A stretch of DNA of 64,000 nucleotides from positions 135,222,001 through 135,286,000 of the forward strand of contig OZ024742.1 in assembly GCA_964016885.1 (NCBI GenBank), given 5' to 3'. Numbering within the stretch: position 1 is the stretch's first letter; each line of letters opens with the position of its first letter. The position numbers and the translations under genes are program-made. Shown here piece after piece: positions 1-11,200 of the stretch. The notes under the pieces are model-generated. The model did not search any database. It was given only the letters and a program-made list of their open reading frames with translations, and was not told where the DNA came from. The DNA comes from Eledone cirrhosa (lineage: Eukaryota).

Positions 1-289
1 GAGGTAGAGGTAGTGATGGTGGTGTAGTCTTGTTACTGGTAGTAAGAGTGGTGAGGTAGAGGTAGTGATGGTGGTGTAGTGTTGTTACTGGTAGTAAGAG
101 TGGTGAGGTAGAGGTAGTGATGGTGGTGTAGTGTTGTTACTGGTAGTAAGTGTGGTGAGGTAGAGGTAGTGATGGTGGTGTAGTGTTGTTACTGGTAGTA
201 AGTGTGGTGAGGTAGAGGTAGTGATGGTGGTGTAGTGTTGTTACTGGTAGTAAGTGTGGTGAGGTAGAGGTAGTGATGGTGGTGTAGTG

Positions 290-2100
290 TTGTTACTGGT
301 AGTAGGTGTGGTGAGCTAGAGGTAGTGATGGTGGTGTAGTGTTGTTACTGGTAGTAAGTGTGGTGAGGTAGAGGTAGTAAGGGTGGTGTAGTGTTGTTAC
401 TGGTAGTAAGTGTGGTGAGGTAGAGGTAGTGGTGGTGGTGTAGTGTTGTTACTGGTAGTAAGTGTGGTGAGGTAGAGGTAGTGGTGGTGGTGTAGTGTTG
501 TTACTGGTAGTAAGTGTGGTGAGGTAGAGGTAGTGATGATGGTGTAGTGTTGTTACTGGTAGTAAGAGTGGTGAGGTAGAGGTAGAGATGGTGGTGTAGT
601 GTTGTTACTGGTAGTAAGTGTGGTGAGGTAGAGGTAGTGATGATGGTGTAGTGTTGTTACTAGTAGTAGGTGTGGTGAGGTAGAGGTAGTGATGGTGGTG
701 TAGTGTTGTTACTGGTAGTAAGTGTGGTGAGGTAGAGGTAGTGATGGTGGTGTAGTGTTGTTACTGGTAGTAAGTGTGGTGAGGTAGGGGTAGTGACGGT
801 GGTGTAGTGTTATTACTGGTAGTAAGAGAGGTGAGCTAGAGGTAGTGATGGTGGTGTAGTGTTGTTACTGGTAGTAAGTGTGGTGAGGTAGAGGTAGTGA
901 TGGTGGTGTAGTGTTGTTACTGGTAGTAAGTGTGGTGAGGTAGAGGTAGTGATGGTGGTGTAGTGTTGTTACTGGTAGTAAGTGTGGTGAGGTAGAGGTA
1001 GTGATGGTGGTGTAGTGTTGTTACTGGTAGTAAGTATGGTGAGGTAGAGGTAGTGATGGTGGTGTAGTGTTGTTACTGGTAGTAAGTGTGGTGAGGTAGA
1101 GGTAGTGATGGTGGTGTAGTGTTGTTACTGGTAGTAAGTATGGTGAGGTAGAGGTAGTGATGGTGGTGTAGTGTTGTTACTGGTAGTAAGTGTGGTGAGG
1201 TAGAGGTAGTGATGGTGGTGTAGTGTTGTTACTGGTAGTAAGTGTGGTGAGGTAGAGGTAGTGATGGTGGTGTAGTGTTGTTACTGGTAGTAAGTGTGGT
1301 GAGTAGAGGTAGTGATGGTGGTGTAGTGTTGTTACTGGTAGTAAGTGTGGTGAGGTAGAGGTAGTGATGGTGGTGTAGTGTTGTTACTGGTAGTAAGAGT
1401 GGTGAGGTAGAGGTAGTGATGGTGGTGTAGTGTTGTTACTGGTAGTAAGTGTGGTGAGGTAGAGGTAGTGATGGTGGTGTAGTGTTGTTACTGGTAGTAA
1501 GTGTGGTGAGGTAGAGGTAGTGATGGTGGTGTAGTGTTGTTACTGGTAGTAAGTGTGGTGAGGTAGAGGTAGTGATGGTGGTGTAGTGTTGTTACTGGTA
1601 GTAGGTGTGGTGAGCTAGAGGTAGTGATGGTGGTGTAGTGTTGTTACTGGTAGTAAGTGTGGTGAGGTAGAGGTAGTAAGGGTGGTGTAGTGTTGTTACT
1701 GGTAGTAAGTGTGGTGAGGTAGAGGTAGTGGTGGTGGTGTAGTGTTGTTACTGGTAGTAAGTGTGGTGAGGTAGAGGTAGTGATGATGGTGTAGTGTTGT
1801 TACTGGTAGTAAGAGTGGTGAGGTAGAGGTAGAGATGGTGGTGTAGTGTTGTTACTGGTAGTAAGTGTGGTGAGGTAGAGGTAGTGATGATGGTGTAGTG
1901 TTGTTACTAGTAGTAGGTGTGGTGAGGTAGAGGTAGTGATGGTGGTGTAGTGTTGTTACTGGTAGTAAGTGTGGTGAGGTAGAGGTAGTGATGGTGGTGT
2001 AGTGTTGTTACTGGTAGTAAGTGTGGTGAGGTAGGGGTAGTGACGGTGGTGTAGTGTTATTACTGGTAGTAAGAGAGGTGAGCTAGAGGTAGTGATGGTG
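290..2100. repeat. Duplicated block of about 10 monomers (~290-840 and ~1590-2100), with a third partial copy at ~4420-4790
   Basis: Same ordered variants: GAGCTAG (C316/C1615), GTAAGGG, GTAGAGATG, ACTAGTAGTAGG, GTAGGGGTAGTGACGG (C797/C2044/C4748), TTATTACT. Offsets are 1299 then 1247 (one monomer fewer in the second copy). Confidence 0.9.
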
Positions 2101-2489
2101 GTGTAGTGTTGTTACTGGTAGTAAGTGTGGTGAGGTAGAGGTAGTGATGGTGGTGTAGTGTTGTTACTGGTAGTAAGTGTGGTGAGGTAGAGGTAGTGAT
2201 GGTGGTGTAGTGTTGTTACTGGTAGTAAGTGTGGTGAGGTAGAGGTAGTGATGGTGGTGTAGTGCTGTTACTGGTAGTAAGTGTGGTGAGGTAGAGGTAG
2301 GGATGGTGGTGCAGTGTTGTTACTGGTAGTAAGTGTGGTGAGGTAGAGGTAGTGATGGTGGTGTAGTGTTGTTAGTGGTAGTAAGTGTGGTTAGGTAGAG
2401 GTAGTGATGGTGGTGTAGTGTTGTTACTGGTAGTAAGAGTGCTTAGGTAGAGGTAGTGATGGTGGTGTAGTGTTGTTACAGGTAGTAAG

Positions 2490-3170
2490 AGTGGTTAGGT
2501 AGAGGTAGTGATGGTGGTGTAGTGTTGTTACAGGTAGTAGGTGTGGTGAGGTAGAGGTAGTGATGATGGTGTAGTGTTGTTGCTGGTAGTAAGTGTGGTG
2601 AGGTAGTGGTAGTGATGGTGGTGTAGTGTTGTTACTGGTAGTAAGTGTGGTGAGGTAGAGGTAGTGATGGTGGTGTAGTGTTGTTACTGGTAGTAAGAGT
2701 GGTGAGGTAGAGGTAGTGATGGTGGTGTAGTGTTGTTACTGGTAGTAAGAGTGGTTAGGTAGAGGTAGTGATGGTGGTGTAGTGTTGTTACAGGTAGTAG
2801 GTGTGGTGAGGTAGAGGTAGTGATGATGGTGTAGTGTTGTTGCTGGTAGTAAGTGTGGTGAGGTAGTGGTAGTGATGGTGGTGTAGTGTTGTTACTGGTA
2901 GTAAGTGTGGTGAGGTAGAGGTAGTGATGGTGGTGTAGTGTTGTTACTGGTAGTAAGAGTGGTTAGGTAGAGGTAGTGATGGTGGTGTAGTGTTGTTACA
3001 GGTAGTAGGTGTGGTGAGGTAGAGGTAGTGATGATGGTGTAGTGTTGTTGCTGGTAGTAAGTGTGGTGAGGTAGTGGTAGTGATGGTGGTGTAGTGTTGT
3101 TACTGGTAGTAAGTGTGGTGAGGTAGAGGTAGTGATGGTGGTGTAGTGTTGTTACTGGTAGTAAGAGTGG
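2490..3170. repeat. Local 4-5 monomer higher-order repeat, three copies
   Basis: ACAGGTAGTAGG (C2531, C2791, C2999), each followed by GATGATGG..TTGCTGG and GAGGTAGTGG units. Spacing is 260 and 208 bp. Confidence 0.88.
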
Positions 3171-6100
3171 TGAGGTAGAGGTAGTGATGGTGGTATAGTG
3201 TTGTTACTGGTAGTAAGAGTGGTGAGGTAGAGGTAGTGATGGTGATGTAGTGTTGTTACTGGTAGTAAGTGTGGTGAGGTAGAGGTTGTGATGGTGGTGT
3301 AGTGTTGTTACTGGTAGTAAGTGTGGTGAAGTAGAGGTACTGATGGTGGTGTAGTGTTGTTACTGGTAGTAAGAGTGGTGAGGTAGAGGTAGTGGTGGTG
3401 GTGTAGTGTTGTTACTGGTGGTAAGTGTGGCAAGGTAGAGGTAGTGATGGTGGTGTAGTGCTGTTACTGGTAGTAATTTTGTTGTGGTAGAGGTAGTGAT
3501 GGTGTTGTAGTGTTGTTACTGGTAGTAAGAGTGGTGAGGTAGAGGTAGTGATGGTGGTGTAGTGTTCTTACTGGTAGTATGTGTAGTGAGGTAGAGGTAG
3601 TGATGGTGGTGTAGTGTTGTTACTGGTAGTAAGTGTGGTGAGGTAGAGGTAGTGATGGTGGTGAAGTGTTGTTACTGGTAGTAAGTGTGGTGAGGTAGAG
3701 GTAGTGATGGTGGTGTAGTGTTGTTACTGGTAGTAAGTGTGGTGAGGTAGAGGTAGTGATGGTGGTGTAATGTTGTTACTGGTAGTAAGTGTGGTGAGGT
3801 AGAGGTAGTGATGGTGGTGTAGTGTTGTTACTGGTAGTAAGTGTGGTGAGGTAGAGGTAGTGATGGTGGTGTAGTGTTGTTACTGGTAGTAAGTGTGGTG
3901 AGGTGGAGGTAGTGATGGTGGTGTAGTGCTGTTGCTGGTAGTAAGTGTGGTGAGGTAGAGGTAGTGATGATGGTGAAGTGTTGTTACTGGTAGTAAGTGT
4001 GGTGAGGTAGAGGTAGTGAAGGTGGTGTAGTGTTGTTACTGGTAGTATGTGTGGTGAGGTAGAGGTAGTGATGGTGGTGTAGTGTTGTTACTGGTAGTAA
4101 GTGTGGTGAGGTAGAGGTAGTGATGGTGGTGTAGTGTTGTTAGTGGTAGTAAGTGTGGTGAGGTAGAGGTAGTGATGGTGGTGTAGTGTTGTTACTGGTA
4201 GTAAGAGTGGTGAGGTAGAGGTAGTGATGGTGGTGTAGTGTTGTTACTGGTAGTAAGAGTGGTGAGGTAGAGGTAGTGATGGTGGTGTAGTGTTGTTACT
4301 GGTAGTAAGTGTGGTGAGGTAGAGGTAGTGATGGTGGTGTAGTGTTGTTACTGGTAGTAAGTGTGGTGAGGTAGAGGTAGTGATGGTGGTGTAGTGTTGT
4401 TACTGGTAGTAAGTGTGGTGATGTAGAGGTAGTGGTGGTGGTGTAGTGTTGTTACTGGTAGTAAGTGTGGTGAGGTAGAGGTAGTGATGATGGTGTAGTG
4501 TTGTTACTGGTAGTAAGAGTGGTGAGGTAGAGGTAGAGATGGTGGTGTAGTGTTGTTACTGGTAGTAAGTGTGGTGAGGTAGAGGCAGTGATGATGGTGT
4601 AGTGTTGTTACTAGTAGTAGGTGTGGTGAGGTAGAGGTAGTGATGGTGGTGTAGTGTTGTTACTGGTAGTAAGTGTGGTGAGGTAGAGGTAGTGATGGTG
4701 GTGTAGTGTTGTTACTGGTAGTAAGTGTGGTGAGGTAGGGGTAGTGACGGTGGTGTAGTGTTATTACTGGTAGTAAGAGTGGTTAGGTAGAGGTAGTGAT
4801 GGTGGTGTAGTGTTGTTACTGGTAGTAAGTGTGGTGAGGTAGAGGTAGGGATGGTGGTGCAGTGTTGTTACTGGTAGTAAGTGTGGTGAGGTAGAGGTAG
4901 TGATGATGGTGTAGTGTTGTTGCTGGTAGTAAGTGTGGTGAGGTAGAGGTAGTGATGGTGGTGTAGTGTTGTTACTGGTAGTAAGTGTGGTGAGGTAGAG
5001 GTAGTGATGGTGGTGTAGTGTTGTTACTGGTAGTAAGTGTGGTGAGGTAGAGGTAGTGATGGTGGTGTAGTGTTGTTACTGGTAGTAAGTGTGGTGAGGT
5101 AGAGGTAGTGATGGTGGTGTAGTGTTGTTACTGGTAGTAAGTGTGGTGAGGTAGAGGTAGTGATGGTGGTGTAGTGTTGTTACTGGTAGTAAGTGTGGTG
5201 AGGTAGAGGTAGTGATGGTGGTGTAGTGTTGTTACTGGTAGTAAGTGTGGTGAGGTAGAGGTAGTGATGGTGGTGTAGTGTTGTTACTGGTAGTAAGTGT
5301 GGTGAGGTAGAGGTTGTGATGGTGGTGTAGTGTTGTTACTGGTAGTAAGTGTGGTGAGGTAGAGGTAGTGATGGTGGTGTAGTGTTGTTACTGGTAGTAA
5401 GTGTGGTGAGGTAGAGGTAGTGATGGTGGTGTAGTGTTGTTACTGGTAGTAAGTGTGGTGAAGTAGAGGTACTGATGGTGGTGTAGTGTTGTTACTGGTA
5501 GTAAGAGTGGTGAGGTAGAGGTAGTGATGGTGGTGTAGTGTTGTTACTGGTAGTAAGTCTGGTGAGGTAGAGGTAGTGATGGTGGTGTAGTGTTGTTACT
5601 GGTAGTAAGAGTGGTGAGGTAGAGGTAGTGGTAGTGGTGTAGTGTTGTTACTGGTGGTAAGTGTGGCAAGGTAGAGGTAGTGATGGTGGTGTAGTGTTGT
5701 TACTGGTAGTAAGAGTGGTGAGGTAGAGGTAGTGGTAGTGGTGTAGTGTTGTTACTGGTGGTAAGTGTGGCAAGGTAGAGGTAGTGACGGTGGTGTAGTG
5801 TTGTTACTGGTAGTAATTTTGTTGTGGTAGAGGTAGTGATGGTGGTGTAGTGTTGTTACTGGTAGTAAGTGTGGTGAGGTAGAGGTAGTGATGGTGGTGT
5901 AGTGTTGTTACTGGTAGTAGGTGTGGTGAGGTAGAGGTAGTGATGGTGTTGTAGTGTTGTTACTGGTAGTAAGAGTGGTGAGGTAGTGGTAGTGATGGTG
6001 GTGTAGTGATGGTGGTGTAGTGTTCTTACTGGTAGTATGTGTAGTGAGGTAGAGGTAGTGATGGTGGTGTAGTGTTGTTACTGGTAGTAAGTGTGGTGAG

Positions 6101-7799
6101 GTAGAGGTAGTGATGGTGGTGTAGTGTTGTTACTGGTAGTAAGTGTGGTGAGGTAGAGGTAGTGATGGTGTTGTAGTGTTGTTACTGGTAGTAAGTGTGG
6201 TGAGGTATAGGTAGTGATGGTGTTGTAGTGTTGTTACTGGTAGTAAGAGTGGTGAGGTAGTGGTAGTGATGGTGGTGTAGTGATGGTGGTGTAGTGTTCT
6301 TACTGGTAGTATGTGTAGTGAGGTAGAGGTAGTGATGGTGGTGTAGTGTTGTTACTGGTAGTAAGTGTGGTGAGGTAGAGGTAGTGATGGTGGTGAAGTG
6401 TTGTTACTGGTAGTAAGTGTGGTGAGGTAGAGGTAGTGATGGTGGTGTAGTGTTGTTACTGGTAGTAAGTGTGGTGAGGTAGAGGTAGTGATGGTGGTGT
6501 AATGTTGTTACTGGTAGTAAGTGTGGTGAGGTAGAGGTAGTGATGGTGGTGTAGTGTTGTTACTGGTAGTAAGTGTGGTGAGGTAGAGGTAGTGATGGTG
6601 GTGTAGTGTTGTTACTGGTAGTAAGTGTGGTGAGGTGGAGGTAGTGATGGTGGTGTAGTGCTGTTGCTGGTAGTAAGTGTGGTGAGGTAGAGGTAGTGAT
6701 GATGGTGAAGTGTTGTTACTGGTAGTATGTGTGGTGACGTAGTGGTAGTGAAGGTGGTGTAGTGTTGTTACTGGTAGTATGTGTGGTGAGGTAGAGGTAG
6801 TGATGGTGGTGTAGTGTTGTTACTGGTAGTAAGTGTGGTGAGGTGGAGGTAGTGATGGTGGTGTAGTGCTGTTGCTGGTAGTAAGTGTGGTGAGGTAGAG
6901 GTAGTGATGGTGGTGTAGTGTTGTTACTGGTAGTAAGTGTGGTGACGTAGTGGTAGTGAAGGTGGTGTAGTGTTGTTACTGGTAGTATGTGTGGTGAGGT
7001 AGAGGTAGTGATGGTGGTGTAGTGTTGTTACTGGTAGTAAGTGTGGTGAGGTAGAGGTAGTGATGGTGGTGTAGTGTTGTTAGTGGTAGTAAGTGTGGTG
7101 AGGTAGAGGTAGTGATGGTGGTGTAGTGTTGTTACTGGTAGTAAGAGTGGTGAGGTAGAGGTAGTGATCGTGGTGTAGTGTTGTTACTGGTAGTAAGAGT
7201 GGTGAGGTAGAGGTAGTGATGGTGGTGTAGTGTTGTTACTGGTAGTAAGTGTGGTGAGGTAGAGGTAGTGATGGTGGTGTAGTGTTGTTACTGGTAGTAA
7301 GTGTGGTGAGGTAGAGGTAGTGATGGTGGTGTAGTGTTGTTACTGGTAGTAAGTGTGGTGATGTAGAGGTAGTGATGTTGGTGTCATGTTGTTACTGGTA
7401 GTAGGAGTGGTGAGGTAGAGGTGGTGGTGTAGTGTTGTTACTGGTAGTAGGAGTGGTGAGGTAGAGGTAGTGATGGTTGTGTAGTGTTGTTACTGGTAGT
7501 AAGTGTGGTGAAGTAGAGGTAGTGATGGTGGTGTAGTGTTGTTACTGGTAGTAAGTGGGTGAGGTAGAGGTAGTGATGGTGGTGTAGTGTTGTTACTGGT
7601 AGTAAGTGTGGTGAGATAGAGGTAGTGATGGTGGTGTAGTGTTGTTACTGGTAGTAGGAGTGGTGAGGTAGATGTGGATGTGTAGTGTTGTTACTGGTAG
7701 TAGGAGTGGTGAGGTAGAGGTAGTGATGTTATGTAGTGTTGTTACTGGTAGTAAGTGTGGTGAGGTAGAGGTAGTGATGGTGGTGTAGTGTTGTTACTG

Positions 7800-8200
7800 G
7801 TAGTAGGAGTGGTGAGGTAGAGATGGTGGTGTAGTGTTGTTACTGGTAGTAGGAGTGGTGAGGTAGAGGTAGTGATGGTGGTGTAGTGCTGTTACTGGTA
7901 GTAGGAGTGGTGAGGTAGAGATGGTGGTGTAGTGTTGTTACTGGTAGTAGGAGTGGTGAGGTAGAGGTAGTGATGGTGGTGTAGTGTTGTTACTGGTAGT
8001 AGGAGTGGTGAGGTAGAGATGGTGGTGTAGTGTTGTTACTGGTAGTAGGAGTGGTGAGGTAGAGGTAGTGATGGTGGTGTAGTGTTGTTACTGGTAGTAG
8101 GAGTGGTGAGGTAGAGATGGTGGTGTAGTGTTGTTACTGGTAGTAGGAGTGGTGAGGTAGAGGTAGTGATGGTGGTGTAGTGTTGTTACTGGTAGTAAGT
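7800..8200. repeat. 98-bp dimer run (46-bp deletion monomer alternating with 52-bp monomer); representative copy
   Basis: GAGGTAGAGATGG (6-bp deletion) alternates with full GAGGTAGAGGTAGTGATGG units, both ending GTAGGAGTGGT. Similar runs occur near 11.6, 13.5, 17.7, 25.4, 27.3, 30.3, 35.7, 38.7 and 46.3 kb. Confidence 0.9.
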
Positions 8201-11200
8201 GTGGTGAGGTAGAGGTAGTGATGTTGTTACTGGTAGTAGGTGTGGTGAGGTATAGGTAGTGATGGTGGTGTAGTGTTGTTACTGGTAGTAAGTGTGGTGA
8301 GGTAGAGGTAGCGATGGTGGTGTTGTGTTGTTACTGGTAGTAAGTGTGGTGAGATAGAGGTAGTGATGGTGGTGTATTGCTGTTACTGGTAGTAAGTGTG
8401 GTGAGGTAGAGGTAGGGATGGTGGTGCAGTGTTGTTACTGGTAGTAAGTGTGGTGAGGTAGAGGTAGTGATGGTGGTGTAGTGTTGTTACTGGTAGTAAG
8501 TGTGGTGAGGTAGAGGTAGTGATGGTGGTGTAGTGTTGTTACTGGTAGTAAGTGTGGTGAGGTAGAGGTAGTGATGGTGGTGTAGTGTTGTTACTGGTAG
8601 TAAGTGTGGTGAGGTAGAGGTATTGATGGTGGTGTAGTGTTGTTACTGGTAGTAAGTGTGGTGAGGTAGAGGTAGTGATGGTGGTGTAGTGTTGTTACTG
8701 GTAGTAAGTGTGGTGAGGTAGAGGTAGTGATGGTGGTGTAGTGCTGTTACTGGTAGTAAGTGTGGTGAGGTAGAGGTAGGGATGGTGGTGCAGTGTTGTT
8801 ACTGGTAGTAAGTGTGGTGAGGTAGAGGTAGTGATGGTGGTGTAGTGTTGTTACTGGTAGTAAGTGTGGTGAGGTAGAGGTAGTGATGGTGGTGTAGTGT
8901 TGTTACTGGTAGTAAGTGTGGTGAGGTAGAGGTAGTGATGGTGGTGTAGTGTTGTTACTGGTAGTAAGTGTGGTGAGGTAGAGGTAGTGATGGTGGTGTA
9001 GTGTTGTTACTGGTAGTAAGTGTGGTGAGGTAGAGGTAGTGATGGTGGTGTAGTGTTGTTACTGGTAGTAAGTGTGGTGAGGTATAGGTAGTGATGGTGG
9101 TGTAGTGTTGTTACAGGTAGTAGGTGTGGTGAGGTAGAGGTAGTGATGGTGGTGTAGTGTTGTTACTGGTAGTAAGAGTGCTAAGTAGAGGTAGTGATGG
9201 TGGTGTAGTGTTGTTACTGGTAGTAGGATTGGTGAGGTAGAGGTAGTGATGGTGGTGTAGTGTTGTTACTGGTAGTAAGTGTGGTGAGGTAGAGGTTGTG
9301 ATGGTGGTGTAGTGTTGTTACTGGTAGTAAGAGTGGTGAGGTAGAGGTAGTGGTGGTGGTGTAGTGTTGTTACTGGTGGTAAGTGTGGCAAGGTAGAGGT
9401 AGTGATGGTGGTGTAGTGCTGTTACTGGTAGTAATTTTGTTGAGGTAGAGGTAGTGATGGTGGTGTAGTGTTGTTACTGGTAGTAAGTGTGGTGAGGTAG
9501 AGGTTGTGATGGTGGTGTAGCGTTGTTACTGGTAGTAAGTGTGGTGAAGTAGAGGTACTGATGGTGGTGTAGTGTTGTTACTGGTAGTAAGAGTGGTGAG
9601 GTAGAGGTAGTGGTGGTGGTGTAGTGTTGTTACTGGTGGTAAGTGTGGCAAGGTAGAGGTAGTGATGGTGGTGTAGTGTTGTTACTGGTAGTAATTTTGT
9701 TGAGGTAGAGGTAGTGATGGTGGTGTAGTGTTGTTACTGGTAGTAAGTGTGGTGAAGTAGAGGTACTGATGGTGGTGTAGTGTTGTTACTGGTAGTAAGA
9801 GTGGTGAGGTAGAGGTAGTGGTGGTGGTGTAGTGTTGTTACTGGTGGTAAGTGTGGCAAGGTAGAGGTAGTGATGGTGGTGTAGTGCTGTTACTGGTAGT
9901 AATTTTGTTGAGGTAGAGGTAGTGATGGTGGTGTAGTGTTGTTACTGGTAGTAAGTGTGGTGAGGTATAGGTAGTGATGGTGTTGTAGTGTTGTTACTGG
10001 TAGTAAGTGTGGTGAGGTATAGGTAGTGATGGTGTTGTAGTGTTGTTACTGGTAGTAAGAGTGGTGAGGTAGTGGTAGTGATGGTGGTGTAGTGATGGTG
10101 GTGTAGTGTTCTTACTGGTAGTATGTGTAGTGAGGTAGAGGTAGTGATGGTGGTGTAGTGTTGTTACTGGTAGTAAGTGTGGTGAGGTAGAGGTAGTGAT
10201 GGTGGTGTAGTGTTGTTACTGGTGGTAAGTGTGGTTAGGTAGAGGTAGTGATGGTGCTGTAGTGATGGTGGTGTAGTGTTGTTACTGGTAGTAAGAATGG
10301 TGAGGTAGAGGTAGTGATGGTGGTGTAGTGATGGTGGTGTAGTGTTGTTACTGGTAGTAAGAATGGTGTGGTAGAGGTACTGATGGTGGTGTAGTGATGG
10401 TGGTGTAGTGTTGTTACTGGTAGTAAGTGTGGTGAGGTAGAGGTAGTGATGGTGGTGTAGTGTTGTTACTGGTAGTAAGAATGGTGAGGTAGAGGTAGTG
10501 ATGGTGGTGTAGTGATGGTGGTGTAGTGTTGTTACTGGTAGTAAGTGTGGTGAGGTAGAGGTAGTGATGGTGGTGTAGTGTTGTTACTGGTAGTAAGTGT
10601 GGTGAGGTAGAGGTAGTGATGGTGGTGTAGTGTTGTTACTGGTAGTAAGAGTGGTGAGGTAGAGGTAGTGATGGTGGTGTAGTGTTGTTACTGGTGGTAA
10701 GTGTGGCAAGGTAGAGGTAGTGATGGTGGTGTAGTGCTGTTACTGGTAGTAAGTGTGGTGAGGTAGAGGTTGTGATGGTGGTGTAGTGTTGTTACTGGTG
10801 GTAAGTGTGGCAAGGTAGAGGTAGTGATGGTGGTGTAGTGTTGTTACTGGTAGTAAGTGTGGTGAGGTAGAGGTAGTGATGGTGGTGTAGTGTTGTTACT
10901 GGTAGTAGGATTGGTGAGGTAGAGGTAGTGATGGTGGTGTAGTGTTGTTACTGGTAGTAAGTGTGGTGAGGTAGAGGTTGTGATGGTGGTGTAGTGTTGT
11001 TACTGGTAGTAAGAGTGGTGAGGTAGAGGTAGAGGTGGTGGTGTAGTGTTGTTACTGGTAGTAAGTGTGGCAAGGTAGAGGTAGTGATGGTGGTGTAGTG
11101 TTGTTACTGGTAGTAAGTGTGGTGAGGTAGAGGTAGTGATGGTGGTGTAGTGTTGTTACTGGTAGTAAGTGTGGTGAGGTAGAGGTAGTGATGGTGGTGT

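Noticed and set aside
15-22. Chi-like octamer GATGGTGG (E. coli Chi is GCTGGTGG)
   Set aside because: It has one mismatch, the GCTGGT variants continue with GT/AG/TG rather than GG, and there is no bacterial context.
1-28. Shine-Dalgarno-like GAGGT followed by ATG GTG GTG TAG (MVV*) in each unit, and plus-strand ORFs in general
   Set aside because: This is a three-codon ORF expected from composition. The plus strand is dense in TAG/TGA/TAA, and there is no prokaryotic context.
52-72. Array of let-7 precursor genes on the plus strand
   Set aside because: The strand has 1 C per 52 nt and no complementary star arm, so no pre-miRNA hairpin can form. I saw no exact mature let-7 sequence.
1301-1309. 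Singleton 1-bp indels (GAGTAGAGG at 1301; extra G at ~13681)
   Set aside because: Each was seen once and is not shared by duplicated blocks, so they cannot be told apart from sequencing or consensus errors.
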